The translations under genes and the position numbers were made by a program. The notes under the pieces were generated by a model. It searched no databases. It saw only the letters and a list, made by a program, of their open reading frames with translations, and was not told the DNA's origin. DNA of 63,507 nucleotides, counting the filler, from Nemertoderma westbladi (taxonomy: Eukaryota; Animalia; Xenacoelomorpha): NCBI GenBank assembly GCA_032718475.1. It is 3 parts of 3 records of this genome, joined end to end, with 100 filler letters (N's around TTAATTAATTAA, not from the genome) between each part and the next. Parts side by side here need not be neighbours in the genome. Positions count along the whole stretch, not along the records: positions 1 to 30,455 come from JAUCBJ010005953.1; 2 more parts are not named here. One strand, 5' to 3'. Shown here piece by piece: positions 13,501 through 24,918 of this stretch. The stretch's first letter is position 1, and every line of letters starts with the position of its first letter.

Positions 13501-15008
13501 ATGCAGAATTAAGGTACACAGAAAGGTCTAGATCAATTTCTCGCAGGTCTTTCTTAACGAGCTGTTTATGAGTTTGAAATGGATCACAACAGTTTTTTTG
13601 AAAGGAAGAAAACTTATCCAGGAAGTATTTCTCATGATGAAAACAGACTGTCTCATCCTTGACATCCTCTGGCTTAATTAATACATCAGAACGGCCCAAT
13701 AGAATTGCTAGGGACTCTGTGGATAGTTCTTTAATTAATTTTAAACCTTTATGTCTCGTGTACGATAATTTATGACAGGCTTCTTCCGTATTACTTATTA
13801 CACCGATTGAGCAATAGTTCATGTTGACCAATACGATTGAGTAATAGTTGTTTACAAAGGTAGGATAAATATATAATTTTAAGTAAAATATTGGTATTGC
13901 AATTCAGAATGTTAGCTCTTAAAAGAACTGTTTTGGTTAAATATAGCTGGTTTATAAATTTAGTAAAATTATGAGTGTGCAGTAGCTGCTCTAAAATTAC
14001 AGAAAGCAAAATTAAGAGACAAGAGCAAGATCAGATGAGGAACTTAAAAACTTTAAAAAAAGTGATGAATTTCTCAATTGTTCCTGCTTTTATAGCGGAA
14101 GGTAATTCTAGATTAACCAATCAGGTGGCAGTATTTGGAGAGTTACTAGGATGTATCCAATAGGAAGACACATTGAGTATCACCTGCCTAAGAAAGCTTG
14201 TTCTAGTAAAGTTTTATGAAAAATACGAGGATGAAGGTGTTTACAAGGAAAATTACTTAAAAAAATATATTAATTGAAAATGGATATTAATACAATTATT
14301 AATTTTATTGATTAAATTAATTTTTCATATTTTCTTATATAATAGATAGATAGGGCCTATTTTTTTCTTATTTATTAATTTGATCCAACTGTAATTGCTA
14401 GCACAGATTAATACAGCTCATATTTTATTTTTTTCTTACTACAGTTGATATCACCATTTCATATTTAACCGCCCGGTTACTTTTTTAGACAAATATTTGA
14501 ACACAAATATTATAATGAAGTTGTCAAATACCCATAGATTTTGTTTTAGAATTTCGAATACAATAGTGTTGTGGTTTAGCATACAAAGTTTCATCACCTA
14601 AGTGACAGTGCCACACATGTTTTTATGTCCCTGAAAACCCTTAATTTTTCAGTCGCGGACAAAATGAAATTTAAAATATATCACAAGAAAACATTAAAAA
14701 TTCAAATTTTTGATGACATTTTCGGATTCAGCACAGAAAATTACCCCCATAACAAAATTTACACCCCATACAGAGCAATTTGAATTGGATTTTTTAAAAT
14801 TAAGGCGTAAAAAATAATGTCGCGAATGTGTGCGGTCATGCGAAAACTTGAATTTTTCAAATAGTCATATCTTGGCTTCTATTCAATATTTCTGAGAAAT
14901 GTTTTTTTTGTTCTTCATATCTTAAACCCATCATCAATCTCTCCAAAAATTAGACTGATCCAAGACATAGTGGTTTTTAACATTGGTCGTTTTGATATGG
15001 ACTGACCC
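10590..15008 (-). mobile_element. full-length Sola2-type DNA transposon (4419 bp)
   Basis: GGG...CCC termini; 26-bp TIR GGGTCAGTCCATAT(G/C)AAAACGACCAA with 1 mismatch; degenerate subterminal IR over ~400 bp; 4-bp TSD ATGT/AGGT; one long transposase ORF. Confidence 0.85.
11231..13822 (-). CDS. DDD-type transposase, Sola2-like, ~863 aa, uninterrupted
   Basis: Motifs DFAENY, FSDGSSQQYKN and FFATSHGKSTCDGIGG; Cys/His clusters (CVCQIH); first ATG at 13822. Confidence 0.85.
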   Translation of the reverse strand: MNYCSIGVISNTEEACHKLSYTRHKGLKLIKELSTESLAILLGRSDVLIKPEDVKDETVCFHHEKYFLDKFSSFQKNCCDPFQTHKQLVKKDLREIDLDLSVYLNSAFSERNFKPGEKLCTNCRKGVNDKQKTDIICEDSRSSLSSADSETEYLEARDNLNLTVTNLGISPIKSHSTGPRELYGKRKAAEIDDAVRSKLHKALNLEHNALQSSSTMEPVSENCSDCSRLVTGLKVQVSLANTTKEKIKLLTLAPQSWTIQKVVCEFQVTNWTAKQARKLRNEHGLLPNVEKKQGSRTISKETVDIVSSFYQDDEFSRQCPGKKEFKSVYSDDLKKRVHIQKRLILTNLSELYIEFKKRHPLCKLGFSKFCELRPKWCITVSDYGAHSTCVCQIHQNMKLVCEALPSNVSYKDCFNKAVCELDNRDCMLHKCQNCPGLPSLVSALEHVFSDNDIELDSEIKYRQWTSNSELVVKLSTVDEFIDFASKLIYNALPHSFISKMQSERLSKLKEELSSSDCIILLDFAENYSFVCQDAVQGYHWDNTQATVHPFVVYLKDPSSRKLVSYSYCVISDERDHGVGTVHTFLSTLMRHIKNQFPQIQGTVHYFSDGSSQQYKNCKNFTNLCMHQADFAVEAEWNFFATSHGKSTCDGIGGTTKRLVARASLQATSDSQILTPADMFKWLNTNVKNVHYFYISKEEVAQHTSKITSRLTDAATVSGTRSHHKFVPIAGDSNHLKMFRISADSDFTIVSPTSYLSPFSAEVDIGTGKWVSVIYDKAWYLGIVEDHSDEYNDIYVTFMHQAQQSSKLNWKWPAQKDECWVPKYHIIKGIDAPLLTSISGRIYQIPSDEVECIEKMASLKIIFK

Positions 15009-18000
15009 AGGTATGTCTGTAATGTATGTGTGTCTGTAATGTATGTATGTCTGTAATCTCTGTAATGTATGTATATCTGTAACCTCTGTAATGTATGTAT
15101 GTCTGTAATGTATGTATGTCTGTAATCTCTGTAATGTATGTATGTCAGTAATGTATGTATGTCTGTAATCTCTGTAATGTATGTATGTCTCTAATGTATG
15201 TATGTCTGTAATGTATGTATTTCTGTAATGTATGTGTGTCTGTAATGTATGTATTTCTGTAATGTATGTATGTCTGTAATGTATGTATGTCTGTAATCTC
15301 TGTAATGTATGTATGTCTGTAATCTCTGTAATGTATGTATGTCTCTAATGTATGTATGTCTGTAATGTATGTATGTCTGTAATGTATGTATGTCTGTAAT
15401 CTCTGTAATGTATGTATGTCTGTAATCTCTGTAATGTATGTATGTCTGTAATCTCTGTAATGTATGTATGTCTCTAATGTATGTATGTCTGTAATGTATG
15501 TATGTCTGTAATGTATGTATGTCTGTAATCTCTGTAATGTATGTATGTCTCTAATGTATGTATGTCTGTAATGTATATGTCTGTAATCTCTGTAATGTAT
15601 GTATGTCTGTAATCTCTGTAATGTATGTATGTCTCTAATGTATGTATGTCTGTAATGTATGTATGTCTGTAATGTATGTATGTCTGTAATCTCTGTAATG
15701 TATGTATGTATGTAATTTCTGTAATGTATGTATGTCTGTAATGTATGTATGTCTGTAATGTATGCATGTCTGTAATGTATGTGTGTCTGTGATTTCTGTA
15801 ATGTATGTATGTCTGTATCTCTGTAATGTATGTTTGTCTGTAATGTATGTATGTCTGTAATCTCTGTAATGTATGTTTGTCTGTAATGTATGTATGTCTG
15901 TAATTTCTGTAATGTATGTATGTCTGTAATGTATGTATGTCTGTAATCTCTGTAATGTATGTATGTCTGTAATGTATGTATGTCTGTAATGTATGTATGT
16001 CTGTAATCTCTGTAATGTATGTATGTCTGTAATGTATGTATGTCTGTAATGTATGTATGTCTGTAATCTCTGTAATGTATGTATGTCTGTAATGTATGTA
16101 TGTCTGTAATCTCTGTAATGTATGTATGTCTGTAATGTATGTATGTCTGTAATCTCTGTAATGTATGTATGTCTGTAATGTATGTATGTCTGTAATCTTT
16201 GTAATGTCTTTATGTCTGTAATGTATGTGTGTCTGCGATTTCTGTAATGTATGTATGTCTGTATCTCTGTAATGTATATATGTCTGTATCTCTGTAATGT
16301 ATGTTTGTCTGTAATGTATTTATGTCTGTAATGTATGTGTGTCTGTGATTTCTGTAATGTATGTATGTCTGTAATGTATGTATGTCTGTAATGTATGTAT
16401 GTCTGTAATGTATGTATGTCTGTAATCTCTGTAATGTATGTATGCATGTAATTTCTGTAATGTATGTATGTCTGTAATGTATGCATGTCTGTAACGTATG
16501 TGTGTCTGTGATTTCTGTAATTTATGTATGTCTGTATCTCTGTAATGTATGTTTGTCTGTAATGTATGTATGTCTGTAATCTCTGTAATGTATGTTTGTC
16601 TGTAATGTATGTATGTCTGTAATCTCTGTTATGTATGTATGCCTGTAATGTATGTATGTCTGTAATCTCTGTAATGTATGTTTGTCTGTAATGTATGTAT
16701 GTCTGTAATGTATGTATGTCTGTAATCTCTGTAATGTATGTATATCTGTAATGTATATATGTCTGTAATCTCTGTAATGTATGTATATCTGTAATGTATG
16801 TATATCTGTAATCTCTGTAGTGTATGTATGTCTGTAATGTATGTATATCTGTAATCTCTGTAGTGTATGTATGTCTGTAATGTATGTATGTCTGTAATGT
16901 ATGTATGTCTGTAATGTATGTATGTCTGTAATGTATGTGTTTCTGTAATGTATGTATGTCTGTAATGTATGTGTTTCCGTAATGTATGTATGTCTGTAGT
17001 GTATGTATGTCTGTAATCTCTGTAATGTATGTATGTCTGTAATGTATGTGTTTCTGTAATGTATGTATGTCTGTAATCTCTGTAATGTATGTATATCTGT
17101 AATGTATATATGTCTGTAATCTCTGTAATGTATGTATATCTGTAATGTATGTATATCTGTAATCTCTGTAGTGTATGTATGTCTGTAATGTATGTATATC
17201 TGTAATCTCTGTAGTGTATGTATGTCTGTAATGTATGTATGTCTGTAATGTATGTATGTCTGTAATGTATGTATGTCTGTAATGTATGTGTTTCTGTAAT
17301 GTATGTATGTCTGTAGTGTATGTATGTCTGTAATCTCTGTAATGTATGTATGTCTGTAATGTATGTGTTTCTGTAATGTATGTATGTCTGTAATCTCTGT
17401 AATGTATGTATATCTGTAATCTCTGTAGTGTATGTATGTCTGTAATGTATGTATGTCTGTAATGTATGTATGTCTGTAATGTATGTATGTCTGTAATGTA
17501 TGTATGTCTGTAATGTATGTGTTTCTGTAATGTATGTATATCTGTAATCTCTGTAATGTATGTATGTCTGTAATGTATGTATGTCTGTAATGTATGTGTT
17601 TCTGTAATGTATGTATGTCTGTAATCTCTGTAATGTATGTATGTCTGTAATCTCTGTAATGTATGTATATCTGTAATCTCTGTAGTGTATGTATGTCTGT
17701 AATGTATGTATGTCTGTAATGTATGTATGTCTGTAATGTATGTATATCTGTAATCTCTGTAATGTATGTATGTCTGTAATGTATGTATGTCTGTAATGTA
17801 TGCATATCTGTAATGTATGTATATCTGTAATCTCTGTAATGTATGTATGTCTGTAATGTATGTATGTCTGTAATCTCTGTAATGTATGTATGTCTGTAAT
17901 GTATGTGTGTCTGTAATGTATGTATGTCTGTAATCTCTGTAATGTATGTATATCTGTAATCTCTGTAATGTATGTATGTCTGTAATGTATGTATGTCTGT

Positions 18001-20810
18001 AATCTCTGTAATGTATGTATGTCAGTAATGTATGTATGTCTGTAATCTCTGTAATGTATGTATGTCTCTAATGTATGTATGTCTGTAATGTATGTATTTC
18101 TGTAATGTATGTGTGTCTGTAATGTATGTATTTCTGTAATGTATGTATGTCTGTAATGTATGTATGTCTGTAATCTCTGTAATGTATGTATGTCTGTAAT
18201 CTCTGTAATGTCTCTAATGTATGTATGTCTGTAATGTATGTATGTCTGTAATGTATGTATGTCTGTAATCTCTGTAATGTATGTATGTCTGTAATCTCTG
18301 TAATGTATGTATGTCTGTAATCTCTGTAATGTATGTATGTCTCTAATGTATGTATGTCTGTAATGTATGTATGTCTGTAATGTATGTATGTCTGTAATCT
18401 CTGTAATGTATGTATGTCTCTAATGTATGTATGTCTGTAATGTATATGTCTGTAATCTCTGTAATGTATGTATGTCTGTAATCTCTGTAATGTATGTATG
18501 TCTCTAATGTATGTATGTATGTAATGTATGTATGTCTGTAATGTATGTATGTCTGTAATCTCTGTAATGTATGTATGTATGTAATTTCTGTAATGTATGT
18601 ATGTCTGTAATGTATGTATGTCTGTAATGTATGCATGTCTGTAATGTATGTGTGTCTGTGATTTCTGTAATGTATGTATGTCTGTATCTCTGTAATGTAT
18701 GTTTGTCTGTAATGTATGTATGTCTGTAATCTCTGTAATGTATGTTTGTCTGTAATGTATGTATGTCTGTAATTTCTGTAATGTATGTATGTCTGTAATG
18801 TATGTATGTCTGTAATGTATGTATGTCTGTAATCTCTGTAATGTATGTATGTCTGTAATGTATGTATGTCTGTAATCTCTGTAATGTATGTATGTCTGTA
18901 ATGTATGTATGTCTGTAATGTATGTATGTCTGTAATCTCTGTAATGTATGTATGTCTGTAATGTATGTATGTCTGTAATCTCTGTAATGTATGTATGTCT
19001 GTAATGTATGTATGTCTGTAATCTCTGTAATGTATGTATGTCTGTAATGTATGTATGTCTGTAATCTTTGTAATGTCTTTATGTCTGTAATGTATGTGTG
19101 TCTGTGATTTCTGTAATGTATGTATGTCTGTATCTCTGTAATGTATATATGTCTGTATCTCTGTAATGTATGTTTGTCTGTAATGTATTTATGTCTGTAA
19201 TGTATGTGTGTCTGTGATTTCTGTAATGTATGTATGTCTGTAATGTATGTATGTCTGTTTGTCTGTATGTCTGTATCTATGTAATGTATGAATGTCTGTA
19301 ATCTCTGTATTGTATGTATGTCTGTAATCTCTGTAATGTATGTATGTCTCTAATGTATGTATGTCTGTAATGTATGTATGTCTGTAATGTATGTATGTCT
19401 GTAATCTCTGTAATGTATGTACGCATGTAATTTCTGTAATGTATGTATGTCTGTAATGTATGCATGTCTGTAACGTATGTGTGTCTGTGATTTCTGTAAT
19501 GTATGTATGTCTGTATCTCTGTAATGTATGTTTGTCTGTAATGTATGTATGTCTGTAATCTCTGTAATGTATGTTTGTCTGTAATGTATGTATGTCTGTA
19601 ATCTCTGTTATGTATGTATGCCTGTAATGTATGTATGTCTGTAATCTCTGTAATGTATGTATGTCTGTAATGTATGTATGTCTGTAATGTATGTTTGTCT
19701 GTAATGTATGTATGTCTGTAATGTATGTATGTCTGTAATCTCTGTAATGTATGTTTGTCTGTAATGTATTTATGTCTGTAATGTATGTGTGTCTGTGATT
19801 TCTGTAATGTATGTATGTCTGTTTGTCTGTATGTCTGTATCTATGTAATGTATGAATGTCTGTAATCTCTGTATTGTATGTATGTCTGTAATCTCTGTAA
19901 TGTATGTATGTCTGTAATGTATGTTTGTCTGTAATCTCTGTAATGTATGTATGTCTGTAGTGTATGTATGTCTGTAATCTCTGTGATGTATGTAGGTCTG
20001 TAATGTATGTATGTCTGTAATCTCTGTAATGCATGTATGTCTGTAATCCTTGTAATGTATGTATGTCTGTAATGTATGTATGTCTGTAATCTCTGTAATG
20101 TATGTATGTCTGTAATCCTTGTAATGTATGTATGTCTGTAATGTATGTATGTATGTAATCTCTGTAATGTATGTATGTCTGTAGTGTATGTATGTCTGTA
20201 ATCTCTGTAATGTATGTATGTCTGTAGTGTATGTATGTCTGTAATCTCTGTGATGTATGTATGTCTGTAATGTATGTATGTCTGTAATCTCTGTAATGTA
20301 TGTATGTCTGTATGTCTGTAATCTCTGTGATGTATGTATGTCTGTAATGTATGTATGTCTGTAATCTATGTAATGTATGTATGTCTGTAGTGTATATATG
20401 TCTGTAATCTCTGTGATGAATGTATGTCTGTAATGTATGTATGTCTGTAATCTCTGTAATGTATGTATGTCTGTAATGTATGTTTGTCTGTAATGTATGT
20501 ATGTCTGTAATCTTTGTAATGTATGTATATCTGTAATCTCTGTAATGTATGTATGTCTGTAATGTATGTATGTCTGCAATCTCTGTAATTTATGTTTGTC
20601 TGTAATGTATGTATGTCTGTAATGTATGTATGTCTGTGATTTCTGTAATGTATGTATGTCTGAGTCTGTAATGTATGTATGTCTGAAATCTCCGTAATGT
20701 ATGTATGTCTGTAATGTATGTATGTCTGTAATGTATGTATGTCTGAGTCTGTAATGTATGTATGTCTGAAATCTCTGTAATGTATGTATGTCTGTAATGT
20801 ATGTCTGTAA
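15009..20810. repeat. satellite array, right part (17-bp + 9-bp units) with ~2.9-kb higher-order duplication
   Basis: Same units as 8543-10589; rare variant units recur at ~2.87-2.98 kb spacing. Confidence 0.95.
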
Positions 20811-21355
20811 GTGCCACTTTGCAGTATGCGCATTTGAGCTGTTTGTTATGGCATTTAATAATAAATAGAGTAAATAAGTACAGTACAAAAGTAGATATGA
20901 GTATTAGAACACTGTTTGTAGTTTTTTTTCCCAAAATCTTGACATTTCCCCATTACAGAAAAATTAATATTTATAAAAATTTGTATTTGAAGCTTTTTTG
21001 ATAAAAATATTTGATATTCGATCGAATATTATCGACAATATTTTCGATAAAATAGCCTGTAGCCTAGCTGTAATATGCCAGTTACGTAATAATTATAATT
21101 AATAATAAATCACATGTTGCTCATCCAGCGACCTCTAAGATTCATTGCATTTTTTCTTGTAATGTCAGGGAATTCTAGTAAACATGGACAAACAGGGAAA
21201 AGTGGTAGAATTTATATATATACAGGACATGGTGGACATGGTTTCATGATGGACATGGTGTCTTTAGATCCTATAATGTCTTCACACCCCCTTCCTCCAG
21301 CGCACTATATTATGTCTAAAGAGTAAAACTATTTAAATTCAATTGTTGATTTTAG

Positions 21356-21500
21356 GTTAAGAGTGACAACGGTCACAACGATGTTTGTTTGTGTAACAAA
21401 CATTCGAACCCAGCCACATGTTACGGCGTATGCGACACTGGTAGTTGTAAGATGATGCAGGGATATTACAAAGGCAACAGCTGTAATACTGCGTTCAATA
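21356..21500 (+). CDS. putative Cys-rich exon of the ADAM-type gene
   Basis: TTTTAG acceptor and GTTAGT donor; phase 0 continues the 5535-5703 exon: VKSDNGHNDVCLCNKHSNPATCYGVCDTGSCKMMQG... Confidence 0.6.
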
Positions 21501-21703
21501 GTTAGTCAAATTATTGTTGTTGAGGCGAATAAAATTATAATCTTGCCCTTGAAATTTTGCCCTATTTACTAATTATAATTATGCGCTAAGGCTCGCCCTA
21601 ACTGCGTGCCTCGCCTCGCCCCACAAGGTTTTCAGCTTAAAGTGTTCTATGTTTGTGGTGGATTACAAAATACTGACTTTTATTCCCTCCCCTCCCCATA
21701 TAG

Positions 21704-21798
21704 ATATTGTTACCGCGTACACCCCGAGCTATGGCGCCTCTACCCGCGCTGTAGTTTGCGCCTACACCTCTACCATAGCAGGCAGCTTTGGCGATGAG
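21704..21798 (+). CDS. putative penultimate exon of the ADAM-type gene
   Basis: Pyrimidine tract + TAG acceptor and GTGAGT donor; open in the required phase: (N)IVTAYTPSYGASTRAVVCAYTSTIAGSFGDE. Confidence 0.5.
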
Positions 21799-22688
21799 GT
21801 GAGTTACTCTAGAATATTATCGATTTAATCTGAAATATAGAAATAAATTAAAAATATAAATAATATCCGATTCGAATGTTGCGAAATTTTTTCCACCCGG
21901 ATTCACCAATAATCTGCAAAACTTGGTTTGAAATTTATTTTACTTAAACGTTGTATTTATCTCATAAACATTACTATGTGGTCTATCTGTTTGTCGGTCG
22001 GTGTATCGGAAAATGTTTGAAGACTAATAAATTATCTTTGTTAAACTTAAACCAAACTTGGTACACATGTAGTCTGTCGAAAGTCTGAAATAGAATTTGC
22101 GACGCGGTCTCGGGATCAGCAGTTCTCTAATCTCCCTCTAGAGGCCGACTAGGTAACGGTCGATCTGGTGGTTCCCGTATGCCCGCTTGCTTACTTTCTC
22201 GTACGAGAAAGGCCCACGAACCTGTTATCTGTGTGCAATGAAGACGCATTGCTTGTTGGATAATGTTGCATAAAATGGTTCTGTTACAGCTGATTTCCAT
22301 TATATACGTTTCTTTTATATCTGTCTGCTATTGTGCGTCTAAATATCAATTAGACATTAAATATTTTTCATAGCATTATCGCAACTTCATGGTTAACTCA
22401 GTTGACTAGTTTCAGTTTAAAAAAAGACATAGTAAAAAGTATCTTATGGCACAAAATTTATTTTTTTACCTTATGTATAACCTTTCAGGAGTAAAAATTG
22501 AACTTTTTCCTACCAATCAATAAATGTATGGGGCAGTAAAACAAATTTGTTTGCCTAAAAATGCTAAAATCTTGACTAAATTTGATGTAAGGCTCGGTAA
22601 GATATACATATCTGGGCTCAACCTTGTAATACATAGATAGTTAATTTCCAAATTATTTTTTCGTCTAAAATATATATTTTATTTTCAG

Positions 22689-22721
22689 TTTTGTCTTAAG
22701 TATGAGTGCGGGATATTGTAA
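22689..22721 (+). CDS. putative terminal coding exon of the ADAM-type gene
   Basis: TTTTCAG acceptor; phase 0 gives FCLKYECGIL*; AATAAA signals downstream at ~22869 and ~22976. Confidence 0.4.
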   Translation, partial: FCLKYECGIL

Positions 22722-23134
22722 AGGTTGCTATGGATGTACACGCCGCCTGGTTACCAAATAGAGAAAAAAACTCAATTAAATGTAAAAAAAAACTCTGTTA
22801 TATCTATAAGTTATTATATATATAAGTTATCGTATCTGTATATAACGTGATGTTGTTATATTATCTATAATAAATGATGTTTCAATGTCACTTTGCATGT
22901 TATATGGTTGTGGTTACTGTAAACGTAAAACGTTTCATACATTGTAAGAATGCAGTGTTATAATACATTTCTTGCAATAAATGCTACTCCTGCATTATTG
23001 CATATATTCAATTTTTTTACGTTTGCCTGAGGTTGTTTATGAGGTACAGTGCTTTAAATGATGCTGCCTAGCCCAACCCCGTCTTTCATCCTTCAGTGGT
23101 CGGTAAATGGGAACCAAGGCAACTTGGGAAAAAT

Positions 23135-24318
23135 AGTGGAAGGGTTTACTGTGGAAGATCACCAATGGTGGTGAACAGACATTCCTTTAGGGAACTGAGT
23201 GGAAGGGTTTACTGTGGAAGATCACCCATAGCGGTGAACAGGCATTCCTTTAGGAAACAGAGTGGAAGGGTTTACTGTGGAAGATCAACCATGGTGGTGA
23301 ACAGGCATTCCTTTAGGAAACAGAGTGGAAGGGTTTACTGTGGAAAATCACCAATGGTGGTGAACAGGCATTCCTTTAGGGAACTGAGTGGAAGGGTTTA
23401 CAGTGGAAGATCACCCATGGTGGTGAACATGCATTCCTTTAGGAAACAGAGTGGAAGGGTTTACTGTGGAAGATCACCCATAGCGGTGAACAGGCATTCC
23501 TTTAGGAAACAGAGTGGAAGGGTTTACTGTGGAAAATCACCAATGGTGGTGAACAGGCATTCCTTTAGGAAACAGAGTGGAAGGGTTTACTGTGGAAGAT
23601 CACCCATGCGGTGAACAGGCATTCCTTTAGGAAACAGAGAGGAAGGGTTTACAGTGGAAGATCACCCATGGTGGTGAACATGCATTCCTTTAGGAAACAG
23701 AGTGGAAGGGTTTACTGTGGAAGATTATACATGGTGGTGAACAGGCATTCCTTTAGGAAACAGAGTGGAATGGTTTACTGTGGAAGATCACCCATTGTGG
23801 TGAACAGGCATTCCTTTAGGAAACAGAGTGGAAGGGTTTACTGTGGAAAATCACCAATGGTGGTGAACAGGAATTCCTTTAGGAATCAGAGTGGAAGGGT
23901 TTACTGTGGAAGATCACCCATGGTGGTGAACAGGCATTCCTTTAGGAAACAGATAGGAAGGATTTACTGAGGAAGATCACCCATGGTGGAGAGCCTGCAT
24001 TCATTTAGGAAACAGAGTGGAAGGGTTTACTGTGGAAAATCACCAATGGTGGTGAACAGGCATTCCTTTAGGAAACAGAGTGGAAGGGTTTACTAGATGA
24101 TCCCCCATGGTTGTGAACAGGCATTCCTTTAGGAAACAGAGAGGAAGGGTTTACTGTGGAAGATCACCCATGGCGGTGAACAGGCATTGCTTTAGGAAAC
24201 AGAGTGGAAGGGTTTACTGTGGAAGATCACCCATGGTGGTGAACAGGCATTCCTTTAGGAAACAGATTAGAAGGGATTACTGTGGAAGATCACCCATGGT
24301 GGTGAAAAGGCATTCCTT
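23135..24318. repeat. 63-bp tandem repeat, ~19 copies
   Basis: Unit AGTGGAAGGGTTTACTGTGGAAGATCACCCATGGTGGTGAACAGGCATTCCTTTAGGAAACAG, head to tail, no spacers. Confidence 0.95.
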
Positions 24319-24918
24319 GGCTTAACGAGTCTAAAAGATTCTCCCATTCATTTATCCAAGTTTTTGGTTGGTGGGCATTTGTTAACTTGTTTTCTTGAAT
24401 TTAACAACATTCTTTATTAGGGTGTTTAGATTCAAAATGCTGAAAATCTAGAACATAACAATAACCCCCCCCCCCCCCCCTCGAACCACATCATTTGTAA
24501 CTTAACGTCTTCCCCGAATAAACGCCCCCTCGAATAAACGCCTCCCCAATTGGCAATTTATAAACTTAAACGCCCAGGCTCTTATTTGAGTAAATACGGT
24601 AATATAACGGGGCCAAAAGTAGAACATCATGGGAGGGCCGTGTTAATGAGGAGATCTTAGTTAGAGGGATAGTAAGTTTCCAGGTTGAAAGAGTAAATAG
24701 GTAAATATTGTTGCTTTTAATACACCACCATAAACAGTTCACTTCGACAAGATGAAATGGATAATAAAAAAAGGTAAAAAAAAAAGAAAAAGAAAGATAA
24801 AACTGAAATTTTACCTATATTTAATAACAACTACTTAATATATTCGCGTGATTTTTACGTATTGTAGACTATATATTGTATTAATATTATTTTCATATTG
24901 TATCAGCATAGTAAATCA

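Noticed and set aside
8477-20934. ORFs up to 712 aa of (ITDIHTLQTYIHYRHTY)n
   Set aside because: The satellite lacks stop codons on the minus strand; no coding signal
23135-24318. CRISPR-like array of palindromic repeats
   Set aside because: Units are contiguous with no unique spacers, there are no cas genes, and the context is eukaryotic
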